Part shown: positions 30,001 to 40,843 of the stretch, one piece after another
Layout: the number at the start of each line of letters is the position of its first letter
How positions within the stretch are numbered: position 1 is the stretch's first letter
Assembly (NCBI GenBank): GCA_046262935.1
Contig: JBHELT010000060.1
Location: 12,911-76,910 of the forward strand
DNA length: 64,000 nt
Direction: 5' to 3'
Source: Actinomycetota bacterium
GTDB taxonomy: Bacteria > Actinomycetota > CADDZG01 > JAHWKV01
Notes under the pieces: model-generated
Seen by the model: only the letters and a program-made list of their open reading frames with translations
The model's database searches: none
Told to the model about the DNA's origin: nothing
Position numbers and translations under genes: made by a program

Positions 30001-31114
30001 ATGTTCGACGACCTCGGCTCGCTGATCGCCGATATCACTCGCCAGCTCACCGACGTTAAGGAGTTCCTTTGACGTCGATTCCAAACGCCTAAGAGCCAAA
30101 GAACTCTCTGAACTCGTAGCCGACCCAGCCTTTTGGGACAACCAGACCCACGCGAAGCGCACGATGTCCGAGTTGTCGCGCGTCGAAGACGACGTGAAGG
30201 CCTACGAAGCTTTGGCTGTCAAGCTGTCCGACGCCGAGGTTCTTTGGCAGCTCGCAACCGAAGAGCAAGATCGAGACTCGTACGACGAGGCAGTGATGGT
30301 CCTTGGCGAATTAGAAAAGAAGGTTGCGGCTCTAGAGATCCTCACACTGCTGTCGGGTGAGTACGACGATCACGATGCCATCGCCAGTTTGCATGCAGGT
30401 GAAGGCGGAACCGAATCGTGCGATTGGGCAGCGATGTTGTTGCGCATGTTCACCAGATGGGCCGAGCGCAAGGGCTTTGAGATCGAGGTCCTCGATCTGC
30501 TGCCTGGCGAAGAAGCAGGAGTCAAGCAGGCGACTTTCACTTTGAAGGGGCGGTTCGCCTACGGATTGCTTTCAACCGAGAAGGGCGTGCACCGTTTGGT
30601 TCGGATCTCTCCTTTCGATTCGTCGAGCAGGCGACACACATCGTTCGCAAGCCTCGATGTCATCCCTGCCATCGAACAGGACGAAGCGCCCGAGATCGAT
30701 CAGTCGGACCTAAGGATCGATATCTACCGGTCGGGGGGGCCGGGAGGCCAGTCGGTTAACACCACCGATTCGGCTGTGCGCATCACTCATCTGCCCACAG
30801 GCATAGTTGTCGCCGTGCAGAATGAAAGGTCGCAGCTTCAGAACAAGGCAGTCGCGATGACCATCCTTGCGGCCCGTCTAGCAGAGCGAACGCGGCTGGA
30901 CCGTCAGAAAGAATTAGATGAGATCCGCGGCGACCAGATGGAGATCGGATTCGGCTCGCAGATCAGGTCTTATGTTCTGCATCCTTACCAGATGGTCAAA
31001 GACCGCAGGACCGACCATGAAACCGGCAACGTCGATGCTGTACTAGATGGTGACATCGATGACTTCATCGCTGCCGAGTTGCGCAGGAGGAAGTCGTCGG
31101 CTAACGCCGGCTGA
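30001..31114 (+). CDS. prfB: Peptide chain release factor 2, made by a programmed +1 frameshift (frame 0 at 30001..30069, +1 frame at 30071..31114)
   Basis: ATG directly after the secA stop encodes MFDDLGSLIADITRQLTDVKEFL, then in-frame TGA. The +1 frame continues DVDSKRLRAKELSELV... into the 316-aa ORF carrying SPF and GGQ (GGPGGQSVNTT) motifs. Confidence 0.85.
30058..30073 (+). promoter_or_regulatory. prfB programmed +1 frameshift site: internal SD-like AAGGAG, 3 nt, then CTT TGA C
   Basis: Matches the E. coli RF2 autoregulatory site (AGGGGG...CUU UGA C), including the C following the UGA. Confidence 0.8.
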
Positions 31115-31120
31115 CCGCTG

Positions 31121-32062
31121 TCACCCGATAAGACTTAGTGCTGCTTTGGCGATGTCGCTCGATGTGATCTTTGCCTTCTCGAACAACTGAGCCGGTTGGC
31201 CCGAAGTTGAGTATTCATCGCCGACATTCACATAGGCCATCTTTACGGGTGCCTCTTCTGTCACCACTTGTGCAACCGCAGATCCGAGGCCCCCATGCGA
31301 GAAATGTTCTTCGGCAACTACGATGCGCCCCGTTTGCGTTGCGGCAGAGATGATCGCCTCGCGATCGATGGGCTTGATCGTGTGCATGTCGATCACGCGC
31401 GCCTGGGTTCCTTGCGCAGAAAGATCGTCTGCCGCCTCAAGGGCTTCGGCCACCATAAGGCCGCAGGCGATTATGGTGACGTCATCGCCCTCACGGACCG
31501 TAACCGACCTGCCGAGGACGAGATCGGGGATAGTTGCGTAGATCTCTGGGGATTCGGGTCTGGCCGTTCTCATGTAGACGGGACCAACGTGCTCGATCAT
31601 GGCTTTCGTCAGGGCTTTTGCCGAATTCGCGTCCGAAGGGATGACGACCGTGAACCCACCAAGGGCCGACGCGAGCGCTATATCTTCGATAGCCATCTGC
31701 GATGGTCCGTCTTCGCCGGCAGAGATCCCACCATGCGACCCAACCAACTTCGCGTTCAGACCTGGAAAAGCGATGCTCATCCGGATCTGGTCGTAAGCGT
31801 TGCATAGCAAGAAGCATGCGAAGCTCGCGATCACGGGGATCTTGCCGCTGGCCGCCAGCCCCGCTCCCATCCCAACCAGGTTCGATTCTGCGATCCCAAC
31901 GTTCCAGGCACGGTCGGGGAACAACTCTTGAAACTTCTTCGTGCGGGTTGATTCCAGGACATCACCGTCGACAACAACCACATGGGTGTTGGTCGCTCCG
32001 ATCTCAGCGAGGGCTTCGCCGAACGCGTCGCGCGTTGCCGCGGACATCTTACGTTCGCCCAT
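31121..32062 (-). CDS. Transketolase, C-terminal subunit of a split transketolase (pyrimidine-binding and C-terminal domains)
   Basis: 313 aa. GMGAGLAASGKIPV and pyrimidine-binding domain pattern. Follows the N-terminal subunit gene with a 1-nt overlap. Confidence 0.8.
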   Translation of the reverse strand: MGERKMSAATRDAFGEALAEIGATNTHVVVVDGDVLESTRTKKFQELFPDRAWNVGIAESNLVGMGAGLAASGKIPVIASFACFLLCNAYDQIRMSIAFPGLNAKLVGSHGGISAGEDGPSQMAIEDIALASALGGFTVVIPSDANSAKALTKAMIEHVGPVYMRTARPESPEIYATIPDLVLGRSVTVREGDDVTIIACGLMVAEALEAADDLSAQGTQARVIDMHTIKPIDREAIISAATQTGRIVVAEEHFSHGGLGSAVAQVVTEEAPVKMAYVNVGDEYSTSGQPAQLFEKAKITSSDIAKAALSLIG

Positions 32063-32898
32063 CAGTAACCACCGAGCCCTTTGTCGATATCGGCAAGAGC
32101 TTCATCGAGTTTGTCTGCCGGGATCGGCTTTCCGTGGAAGTTGCCCTGCTCTTCGATGAAACGCACGCCTTTGCCCTTAACCGTCTTAGCAAGGATCGCT
32201 TGAGGTTGCCCGACGGAGCCTCTTGCCCAGTCGAACGCCTTGATGACCTCACCCATCGAGTGTCCGTCGATCTCGGTCACGTCCCACTTGAAAGCCCGCA
32301 GTTTCTCGGCCAAAGGGTCGAGATTTTCGATCTGGTTCACCGCACCGGTCTGCTGGTAACCGTTGCGGTCGATGATCAAGGTGATGTTGTCGATCTCGTG
32401 ATCGCCTGCGAACATGGCCGCCTCCCAAACCTGACCTTCCTGGGTTTCACCATCACCCTGCAACACGTAGATGCGTGAATCGCGTCCATCGAGCCGCGCA
32501 GCGAGTGCATGGCCAAGTCCAACCGAAAGACCCTGGCCGAGCGATCCGGTTGAGGCTTCGACTCCGGGCAATCTCTTCATGTTTGGGTGGCCTTCAAGTG
32601 GCGAACCGAACTTGCGGAGCGACATCAGGTCTTCTATCGGGAAGTAGCCTGCTTCAGCGAGAAGGGCGTAAAGCAGGGGAGAGGCGTGCCCCTTCGAGAG
32701 GATGAACTTGTCGCGATCTTCCCATTGGGGGCGCTTCGGGTCGTAGCGCAGGACATCGCCGAAATAAAGGACGGTCCCCAGTTCCACGGCCGAAAGGGAG
32801 CTAGAAGGGTGACCCGACTTCGCTTCGGTTGTGGACGTGACAATGTGCTTTCGGATCGTTTTTGCGATCCGCTCTAGTTCTTCGATCGGGCGCGGCAT
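32062..32898 (-). CDS. Transketolase, N-terminal TPP-binding subunit of a split transketolase
   Basis: 278 aa. TPP-binding GHPSSSLSAVE...LSKGHASPLLYA and GDGETQEGQVWEA. Confidence 0.8.
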   Translation of the reverse strand: MPRPIEELERIAKTIRKHIVTSTTEAKSGHPSSSLSAVELGTVLYFGDVLRYDPKRPQWEDRDKFILSKGHASPLLYALLAEAGYFPIEDLMSLRKFGSPLEGHPNMKRLPGVEASTGSLGQGLSVGLGHALAARLDGRDSRIYVLQGDGETQEGQVWEAAMFAGDHEIDNITLIIDRNGYQQTGAVNQIENLDPLAEKLRAFKWDVTEIDGHSMGEVIKAFDWARGSVGQPQAILAKTVKGKGVRFIEEQGNFHGKPIPADKLDEALADIDKGLGGY

Positions 32899-33384
32899 GA
32901 CTTATTCCTATCATGTCCTGGGGCCTTCGTTCTCGTCAGACTGTCTTCACAGAAAGCGTGGGCAGAAAGTCTCGAAACACTCATGGGGCAGCAGGCGCGC
33001 GGGGAACTCACGCTTGATGGACTCAGACAGTTGCAAGCTCTTTCGATCGGCAACGAGCTTCGGACATTGATGGGTTATGGGCGCAACCGCTGCATCCATC
33101 CGCAGGTTCGTCCTTAGAGAGTGAGCGCGGTGGTTCGGTCGCGTTTTCGCTGCCTGGCGCCGATCTGGATCGCGACGCTTACGGACCGTCTGGTCAAATG
33201 TGGTCTTTATGACACTGATCACCCTCCATCTTCCATGGTGAGAAATGGGACGAATCGAACCGTTCGGTAGATCCGGGTGTTGCGCCGGTGATGCGTGCTA
33301 ACATCTGACAAGTGAGCCGTGAGGCTCTTTTTTCATATGGCCCAATTCCGAGGCCTTGGTACCCGAAGGGGTTTATATAGAGAC

Positions 33385-34077
33385 ATGATCCGTCTCGAAA
33401 ACGTAAGTAAGGTCTACAAAGATTCTGTTGTCGCGTTGCGCGATGTATCAGCCGACATCCTCAAAGAGGAGTTCGTGTTCTTGGTCGGGCCCTCCGGTTC
33501 GGGCAAGTCAACCTTCATGAGGCTGCTTCTGAAGGAGGAGGTCCCCAACGAGGGCCGCATCTACGTTGCCGGCAAAGACATCAACCAACTGCCTAATTGG
33601 CGCGTGCCGTATCTCAGGCGCAACATCGGGTGTGTCTTTCAAGACTTCAAACTTCTGACGAACAAAACCGTCGCCGAGAACGTTGCTTTCGCCCTCGAAG
33701 TCATAGGCCGCCCGCGCCACGTGATCGAAGAGAGGGTTCCCGAGATGGTTGATCTGGTTGGCCTTTCAGACAAACTCAACAACCGGCCCGATGAACTCTC
33801 TGGCGGCGAGCAGCAACGGGTTTCGATCGCAAGAGCAATGGTCAACAGGCCACCGATCTTGCTGGCCGACGAGCCGACGGGTAACCTCGACCCAACAACG
33901 TCGGCAGACATCATGAAACTTCTTGAGCGCATCAACGAGAGCGGAACCACCGTTGTGATGGCAACCCACGATCACACCATCGTAGATTCACTCCGCAAGC
34001 GAGTCATAGAACTCGAGAACGGCAAGATCGTTCGTGACCAAGACCGCGGCGTGTACGGCATGGGGACGAGTAACTGA
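33385..34077 (+). CDS. ftsE: Cell-division ATP-binding protein FtsE
   Basis: [11 protein letters not shown]. Walker [13 protein letters not shown] signature [14 protein letters not shown]. Walker [13 protein letters not shown]. Confidence 0.9.
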   Translation: MIRLENVSKVYKDSVVALRDVSADILKEEFVFLVGPSGSGKSTFMRLLLKEEVPNEGRIYVAGKDINQLPNWRVPYLRRNIGCVFQDFKLLTNKTVAENVAFALEVIGRPRHVIEERVPEMVDLVGLSDKLNNRPDELSGGEQQRVSIARAMVNRPPILLADEPTGNLDPTTSADIMKLLERINESGTTVVMATHDHTIVDSLRKRVIELENGKIVRDQDRGVYGMGTSN

Positions 34078-34958
34078 TGGCACTAAGAGCTGGTTATTTC
34101 GTTGGAGAGACTTTTTCGAATCTGCGCAGGAATCTGCTTATGACGCTTGCCGCAGTTACCACCGTTACGGTGAGTTTGTTCCTACTCGGTGGAGTGATGC
34201 TGCTCGGCGACATGGTTCGAAGAGCGGTTGGCAGTTGGGAAGGCAAAGTAGAGCTCAATGTTTTCCTTCGAGATCAGATAACGCCGGAGCAGACCAAAGA
34301 CCTAGGTGCGGCGATCACCGGTATGCCCGAGGTTCAGCGTGTCTTTTATGAATCCAAGGCGCAAGCGTTCACTGAATACAAAAGGATGTTCGCCGAACAA
34401 CCGGCACTCATCGATAATGTCGATGCCGACGCGCTCCCAGCCTCTTACCGGATCAAACTCAAGAACGCCAACACTGCCGAGGCTGTCGCCAGCCGCTTGC
34501 AAGGCCGCCCCGGCGTCGATCAAGTCACTTTCGGGGGAGATACCGTTAAGAAACTGCTGAAGCTGACCGGACTCGTGAGAACGTTCATAGTCGGGCTCAT
34601 CGGCCTGCTGCTCGTTGCAGCCACCATGTTGATCGCCAACACCATCAGGCTTGCTATCTATGCGCGAAGAAGAGAGATAGGGATCATGAAACTCGTTGGA
34701 GCAACCAACTGGTTCATCAGGGTGCCTTTCATACTCGAGGGAGTGGCCGAGGCAGTGGTTGGAGCAGCCGTTGCGTCTGCCATCATCTTTGCGGTCAAGG
34801 CCCTCTTTTTGGATCCAGCCCAAAAACACATAGTGTGGATCCCGCTAACGGTTGGAATCGCAGTGATCCTCAAGATCTTTGCAACGCTCTCGGCAGTTGG
34901 CGTGGTGATAGGCGGTATCGGATCCACGCTGGCGCTTCGAAGGTTCCTCGAAGTCTGA
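34077..34958 (+). CDS. ftsX: Cell-division permease FtsX
   Basis: Follows ftsE with an overlapping stop/start. Four TM helices with a periplasmic loop. Confidence 0.85.
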   Translation: MALRAGYFVGETFSNLRRNLLMTLAAVTTVTVSLFLLGGVMLLGDMVRRAVGSWEGKVELNVFLRDQITPEQTKDLGAAITGMPEVQRVFYESKAQAFTEYKRMFAEQPALIDNVDADALPASYRIKLKNANTAEAVASRLQGRPGVDQVTFGGDTVKKLLKLTGLVRTFIVGLIGLLLVAATMLIANTIRLAIYARRREIGIMKLVGATNWFIRVPFILEGVAEAVVGAAVASAIIFAVKALFLDPAQKHIVWIPLTVGIAVILKIFATLSAVGVVIGGIGSTLALRRFLEV

Positions 34959-35051
34959 CGCTCAAGGGTGGTGCCAACCCGGCCGATTATCCGGTATTGG
35001 GCATTTTGTGAATTACTTTGCCAGGAGTAAACTACTGTTACAGGAACGATT

Positions 35052-36269
35052 TTGAGTAATCCATTGAGGCGTTGGACGATCCTCCTCGTGGTCTCAGCGC
35101 TGCTGGGCCAGGGTTTGATTCAAGCCGCCCAGGGGGCCACGTCCCCAACTCAGCGCCAGACACAGATCGACCAACAGAAGCGAGACCTCCAGCAAAAGAT
35201 CAAGGTCGCCGACGAGCAGGCAACGGCCCTTACCCGTCAGATCGAGGCTTCGGACGCCCGCAAGGCCGACCTGGACCAGCAAAGTGGGCAGTTAACGGCA
35301 CGGCTCAGAGATGCGGAGCAACGGCTGGTCACAACCGAGAGCGATCTAGGGCTGGCACTCACCGATCTTTACTCGGTCGAATCGAGCCTCACGACGACGC
35401 TCGACAAGGCCGACGTTCTTCGCCAACAGACATCCGGCCGCTCCCGCCAGATATACGAAGCCGGTGGGATAGGTATGTACGCGGCCCTGCTCGTGGGAGC
35501 CGGGACATTTCGAGATTTCGTTTCGCGCCTTGGTTTCGTAGCGAAGGTCTTAACCGCTGACCAAGACAGGATCGACGGGATCGAGCACCTGACCACCCAA
35601 CTCAAAGACAACCGCGACCAGGTGATCCAGCGCAAGACCGACATAACCCAGAAGAAGACCGCGATCGAAACCGAACGTGCCAGCATCTCCGATCTCCAAC
35701 AGCAGGTGATCGACAACCGCCGAGCGGTGGTTGCCGAGATCGCGACAAGACAGCGACTCTTAAGCAAGGTCCAGGCAGACAAGGCGTCTTACCTCAAGCA
35801 GGTAGCCCAACTCGCAGCGGAGTCGCGATCGATCGCAGCGCTTCTAAGATCTCGTCAACGAGGTCAGGTTTTCCAGGCTGGCATCGGCAAGAACCTTGCC
35901 TGGCCAACAACGGGTTCGGTCACGTCGCCGTTCGGATGGCGCATCCATCCAATCTTTGGTGATCGCAGGCTTCACACAGGGGTAGACATCGGTGCCCCCT
36001 ACGGTCAAGCGGTGGTTGCGGCGGCGGCGGGGACCGTGATCTCGGTTTCGAACCAAGGCGGTTATGGCCTTTCGGTTGTCATCGACCACGGCGGCGCTTT
36101 AGCGACGCTTTACGCTCATCTGTCGGCCACTTCTGTTTCGGTCGGTCAGCAAGTTGCTCGCGGCGCCCGGGTAGCTTCGGTTGGGTGCTCGGGTTACTGC
36201 ACCGGCCCCCACCTGCATTATGAAACGCGAGTCAATGGCGAACCCGTCGACCCGATGGGCTTCTACTAA
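35052..36269 (+). CDS. M23-family peptidase with an N-terminal coiled-coil (EnvC-like murein hydrolase activator)
   Basis: Signal peptide, ~250-aa coiled-coil, then LytM motifs HTGVDIGAPYG and HLHYETRVNGEPVDP. Lies downstream of ftsEX. Confidence 0.8.
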   Translation: MSNPLRRWTILLVVSALLGQGLIQAAQGATSPTQRQTQIDQQKRDLQQKIKVADEQATALTRQIEASDARKADLDQQSGQLTARLRDAEQRLVTTESDLGLALTDLYSVESSLTTTLDKADVLRQQTSGRSRQIYEAGGIGMYAALLVGAGTFRDFVSRLGFVAKVLTADQDRIDGIEHLTTQLKDNRDQVIQRKTDITQKKTAIETERASISDLQQQVIDNRRAVVAEIATRQRLLSKVQADKASYLKQVAQLAAESRSIAALLRSRQRGQVFQAGIGKNLAWPTTGSVTSPFGWRIHPIFGDRRLHTGVDIGAPYGQAVVAAAAGTVISVSNQGGYGLSVVIDHGGALATLYAHLSATSVSVGQQVARGARVASVGCSGYCTGPHLHYETRVNGEPVDPMGFY

Positions 36270-36308
36270 CCCGTCAACTAATGTTGGTTTCGGGCCGATA
36301 ATCATGCG

Positions 36309-37265
36309 ATGGACAGACGCGCTGCGGTAGAGGCTCTCCAAAGGCTTGTCGCGAACGTCGAAACCGTTATCACCGCTAAGCGAGAGGTCATCGAGGCCTC
36401 GGTTCTAGCTCTTGCCGCAGAAGGGCACCTGCTCATCGAGGATGCACCAGGTGTTGGCAAGACCATGCTTGCGAAATCCATAGCGAGGTCGATCGACGCA
36501 AGTTTCAAGCGTGTGCAGGCGACCCCCGACCTTCTTCCATCGGACATCACTGGCGTTGCGATATTCGATCAAGTATCCAAGGAGTTCCAGTTCATCCCCG
36601 GGCCGATCTTCTCTAACGTCGTTGTTTTAGATGAGATAAACCGAACAACGCCGCGCACACAGGCGGCGCTGTTGGAAGCGATGGAGGAAAAGCATGTCAC
36701 GGCCGAAGGTATGACCCGTCCGGTGCCATCGCCATTCTTCGTCATCGCCACTCAGAACCCGCTTGAATATCACGGCACTTATCCATTACCTGAAGGCCAA
36801 CTCGATCGCTTCTTGATCGCAACTTCGATGGGCTATCCAGATTCGATCAGCGAGAGAGGCATCGTCGAGGCACAGTTGCTCGAACACCCCATCGACCGGC
36901 TGAACCCGGTCATCTCGCTCAACGACATCGAAGAGATACAGCAACGTGTTCGCGAGACAACCATCGATTCGATCCTTATCGACTATGTGATTCAGATCGT
37001 CGCCGCAACGAGGTCGCATCCCGGCGTGACGCTGGGTGCTGGCCCCCGGGGCTCACTTGGTCTTACTCGGGTGGCACAGGCGCGGGCGCTGCTCTTGGGT
37101 CGCGACTATGTATTGCCCGACGACATCAAAGCGGTCGCACCGATGGTGCTCGGCCATCGCATCGTCATGGATCCCCAACTTCGCTCTGGGCCGATGGCTG
37201 GGCGCTCACTGATCTCGGCGATCCTAGACAGGACGGCGGTGCCAACTGTCCCAGCGTTACGATGA
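36309..37265 (+). CDS. MoxR-family AAA+ ATPase
   Basis: Walker A LIEDAPGVGKTMLAK. Walker B VVLDEINRTTPRTQAALLEAM. MoxR-type C-terminal domain. Confidence 0.9.
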   Translation: MDRRAAVEALQRLVANVETVITAKREVIEASVLALAAEGHLLIEDAPGVGKTMLAKSIARSIDASFKRVQATPDLLPSDITGVAIFDQVSKEFQFIPGPIFSNVVVLDEINRTTPRTQAALLEAMEEKHVTAEGMTRPVPSPFFVIATQNPLEYHGTYPLPEGQLDRFLIATSMGYPDSISERGIVEAQLLEHPIDRLNPVISLNDIEEIQQRVRETTIDSILIDYVIQIVAATRSHPGVTLGAGPRGSLGLTRVAQARALLLGRDYVLPDDIKAVAPMVLGHRIVMDPQLRSGPMAGRSLISAILDRTAVPTVPALR

Positions 37266-37339
37266 ATCGATCCGGCTCATCGGGGCCCCGCGCGGAGGCC
37301 CCGCGCGACTGCCCCGGCGGGCAAGCGGATCCGGGCTAG

Positions 37340-38560
37340 ATGTACCGGCCGACGAAGAAGGCATTTAGCCTAACGCTCGGTGCACTGTTGCTCTTCGGAG
37401 TTGGGGCCAACGCCGAAGCAGGTTGGCTGTACGTCATGGCAGCAGCTATGGTCGGGGTAGTTATCGCGGGGCTCATCATCCCGGCGACGTCGCTGCGCAA
37501 GCTCACCGTATCGCGGCGTGTGCCCGCCAGAGCGACTGCGGGTGATGACTTGACCGTCATCCTAACGATCGAAAATCACTCTAAGACCGCTCGACGCTTG
37601 ATCGCTGGGAATGATGGATTCCTCGGTGCGAACGATTTCGTCGCCCCGATGGTGGCGCCACTTTCAAGTTTGGAGTTGCGAACCAACGTGTCGTCCATCA
37701 AACGAGGCATCTTCAGTGGGGCCCCCTTAACGCTGAGGAGTGGGGTTCCCTTTGGGATCGCGATCGCAAGCAGAAAGTTCGGGCTCACCAGTGAGCTCAC
37801 CGTTCATCCCCGATGGTTCCCGATCCAAAGCTTTCCGTTATTGGAGGCGGCAAGTACTCCCGATGAGTCATGGCATGAACGCCCAAGACGCGGCGGGGGC
37901 ATGGACTTCTATGGTCTTCGGGAATACCGGCCGGGAGACAGCGTGCGACATATCCACTGGCGAAACAGCGCCAAAGGCGGAAAGTTGCTGGTGCGTGAAT
38001 ACGAAGAACAACCCTCGAGCAGGCTCACGATCATCATCGACAACTCTGTGTCGATCGGCGGGGACCCCGCAAACACTTTGGAGGATTCGATCAGCATCGC
38101 CGCAAGCCTCGTCATGTATGCCATGCAGTCCGGTCATCCTGTCCAGTTGTTCGCGATCGGTGCGGGCGGCGACTCTGCGCATCTCTTCGAGCCAACCAGA
38201 TCGCAGGCCCTCGACTGGTTGTCGTCTTTGCAGATCGAAAGCCGGGGCGATCTGGCACGTTTGGCCACAGAAGCTTCCACGCAGCTCTTTAGACGTTCGA
38301 CGAACGTGTTGATCTTTCCGTCGACAGGGCCCGCATCTGCATCAGCAACGACGGCTGTTCGTTTGGTCCAGCGGCGAGCGGCTCGAGTCATCGGCATCGT
38401 CCTCGATGCAAGTTCGTACGATCCCAAGAACAAAGTCGGCCTTTCACGCGACCAACTCTCTTCTTCGATCGAGTCTCTTAAGGCGGCTCATTGCATCGTT
38501 TATCCGATCGACAAAGACAAGGGGATAGCCCAGTGCTTGCGGATGCCGTTGGCGGTTTAA
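37340..38560 (+). CDS. DUF58-domain protein (partner of MoxR)
   Basis: DFYGLREYRPGDSVRHIHWRNSAKGGKLLVREYEEQ is the DUF58 signature. Confidence 0.8.
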   Translation: MYRPTKKAFSLTLGALLLFGVGANAEAGWLYVMAAAMVGVVIAGLIIPATSLRKLTVSRRVPARATAGDDLTVILTIENHSKTARRLIAGNDGFLGANDFVAPMVAPLSSLELRTNVSSIKRGIFSGAPLTLRSGVPFGIAIASRKFGLTSELTVHPRWFPIQSFPLLEAASTPDESWHERPRRGGGMDFYGLREYRPGDSVRHIHWRNSAKGGKLLVREYEEQPSSRLTIIIDNSVSIGGDPANTLEDSISIAASLVMYAMQSGHPVQLFAIGAGGDSAHLFEPTRSQALDWLSSLQIESRGDLARLATEASTQLFRRSTNVLIFPSTGPASASATTAVRLVQRRAARVIGIVLDASSYDPKNKVGLSRDQLSSSIESLKAAHCIVYPIDKDKGIAQCLRMPLAV

Positions 38561-40767
38561 GCAAAAGGTTGATGCGCCGCAAGTCGGTGGTCGAAAGCTC
38601 GCTGGCCCTGCGCGTCGTGGTTGGGGGGGCCGTGATGGTTGGGATCCTCGCGGTGGTCGGACAGGACATCGTGAAGGGGCGCACGGCTGTGGCGGTTATC
38701 GCCCTCACTCCTGTTGGCTACATCGTCTCTTGGTACAGGCGCGCGTCCAAGAACGTGGTGCTGAAACTCATACTCGCTGCGGCCGCGATATTGGCGCTGA
38801 TGGATTTCCTGCGATCCGTTGGGGGTGCAACATCGGTAGAGGCCGCGCGTGCTCCTCTCGCCGAGATCTTCCTGTGGGTGCAGATGCTGCACTCATTCGA
38901 TCTTCCACGAAGACGTGACCTTATGTTCTCACTCGCAACCTCTGTGACACTCGTGGCACTTGGCGGCTCGCTCGCTCTCGACTCAGGTTTCATCATCTAC
39001 TTCCTGCCCTGGGGCTTGTTATCTGTGATCGCGATCTCGTTGGCGCATACGTCTCAAGTGATCGAGGGGGCCCCCGACACCGCTGATCCGATAGTAAGTG
39101 GGCCGACCAGCACTTCACTCAGGTCGCGCTTGCCCGGCATGCGGATGGCAGCAGGCACCCTTGTCATCCTGCTTGCGGCGGGTTCGGTTGCATTCCTGTT
39201 CGCTCCCAGGATCGGTGGATCGAGGTTAACCGGCCTCACCTTCAAGATCCCTCGGCTGTTCCCGGTCGCCCTCGGAAACGGAGTGGTCAATCCAGGGCTG
39301 CCCAATTCAGCTGGCCCGGGGGACGACCCCTTTTCGCCGCCGGCTTCTTCATATTTCGGATTCGCCAACTTCGTTGACCTGCGGGTTAGAGGCAAGCCGT
39401 CAGATCAAGTTGTAATGAGGGTCCGCTCGCCTCAGCCTGCATTCTGGAGGGGAGCGGTCTTCGATACCTATTCGCGAAGCGCTTGGACGAACTCCGACAA
39501 GACAACTCGGATCATCACCGGGATCCCCGGTCATATCCCGGTTGAAAAGGGGATCGTGTCGACGGTCAAACACGAACAGCTGATCCAGACCTTCTACATC
39601 CAAGCGCCGCAACCGAACATAGTGTTCGCGGCCTACCGTCCAGATGAAGTGTGGTTCCCGGTGGGACGGTTGGACGTCACCGATTCATTGGCCATCCGAG
39701 CCCCAACCCTGATGAATGAGGGTACTGCGTACAGCGTCGTGTCGAACATCCCTGAACCGTCGAATGAAGAGCTTTCGTCTGGCGATGATTCGCAGATCCC
39801 TGAAGCGATCATGCAGCGCTACACCCAGCTGCCCACGGACATGCCGCGTCGCGTTAAGGACCTTGCTCGAACGATCACAGTTTCTAGGCAGGGCACGCTT
39901 CAAAAGGTGTTGGCTATCCAAAGTTGGCTGCGGCGCAATACGAAGTATCTGATCGATATCCCTTCGCAACCGCCGGGAACCGATGCTGTTGACCACTTCT
40001 TGTTCGAAGACCGACGGGGCTTCTGCGAACAGATCGCATCGTCGATGGCAGTGATGCTGAGGTCGCTCGGCGTGCCAGCCAGATTTGCAACCGGATACGA
40101 CACGGGAAAACGCGATCTGCTTTCCGGTTTCTACGAAGTGCGAGGCTCCGATGCTCACTCTTGGGTTGAGGTGTATTTTCCGCGAGCTGGCTGGATCGAG
40201 TTCGATCCGACCCACGAGGTTCCACTTGCCGGTTCGACTGCGGAGTCGGTCCCAGGCATCGAGCTTTTCAAGAAAGCGTTCGCGCCTTTTGGCAAGATAC
40301 TTGGACAAGGATTCTTGCGGCCGGTCTCCTCTGCGATCGGTTCGGCCCTGAAGCTGTTGGCGCGTTCCGGAGCCGCAGCAGCGTTGCTATTGGTTTCTGC
40401 TGCGTTCGTGTTCTTCATCACCAAGACCATGCTGCCCAGGGCTAAGTTGCGATGGGGTCGTCGCCGAACGAGGACCGGAAGACCCGCTCAGTCGGACGAG
40501 GTCGCACTGAGAGCTTTCTCTCTCATCGAATGGGCAGGGGCAACTGCAGGGATCCCGCGCCCACCTTCGCTCACCGCCTCCGAATACGGGGCGCGCTTGG
40601 AGAGGTACCTGACGAACGCGGCGGGAACCGACATCAAGCTAGTGGTTGAAGCATTCGAACTTCAGGTTTACGCAGGCGTGCTTCCCGGCGCCGAAGGCGC
40701 AGATCTCATCGATTCGGCTGCTCGCAGGGTTAGCGAATCCATCGTTCAAAGCAACACCAGCAAGTAG
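38491..40767 (+). CDS. Transglutaminase-like membrane protein (third gene of the MoxR-DUF58-TGase triad)
   Basis: N-terminal TM helices. Cys-His-Asp core RRGFCEQIASSMAVMLRSLGVPARFATGY...DAHSWVEVYF...FDPT. Alternative ATG at 38572 removes the overlap with DUF58. Confidence 0.8.
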   Translation: MHRLSDRQRQGDSPVLADAVGGLSKRLMRRKSVVESSLALRVVVGGAVMVGILAVVGQDIVKGRTAVAVIALTPVGYIVSWYRRASKNVVLKLILAAAAILALMDFLRSVGGATSVEAARAPLAEIFLWVQMLHSFDLPRRRDLMFSLATSVTLVALGGSLALDSGFIIYFLPWGLLSVIAISLAHTSQVIEGAPDTADPIVSGPTSTSLRSRLPGMRMAAGTLVILLAAGSVAFLFAPRIGGSRLTGLTFKIPRLFPVALGNGVVNPGLPNSAGPGDDPFSPPASSYFGFANFVDLRVRGKPSDQVVMRVRSPQPAFWRGAVFDTYSRSAWTNSDKTTRIITGIPGHIPVEKGIVSTVKHEQLIQTFYIQAPQPNIVFAAYRPDEVWFPVGRLDVTDSLAIRAPTLMNEGTAYSVVSNIPEPSNEELSSGDDSQIPEAIMQRYTQLPTDMPRRVKDLARTITVSRQGTLQKVLAIQSWLRRNTKYLIDIPSQPPGTDAVDHFLFEDRRGFCEQIASSMAVMLRSLGVPARFATGYDTGKRDLLSGFYEVRGSDAHSWVEVYFPRAGWIEFDPTHEVPLAGSTAESVPGIELFKKAFAPFGKILGQGFLRPVSSAIGSALKLLARSGAAAALLLVSAAFVFFITKTMLPRAKLRWGRRRTRTGRPAQSDEVALRAFSLIEWAGATAGIPRPPSLTASEYGARLERYLTNAAGTDIKLVVEAFELQVYAGVLPGAEGADLIDSAARRVSESIVQSNTSK

Positions 40768-40843
40768 CAGCTCCGTTCGGTTAAGGCCCCCGGCGTCAGG
40801 ATCTGCGAAACCCCCGGCTGTTGACAGGCGTTAGTCTCAACAG

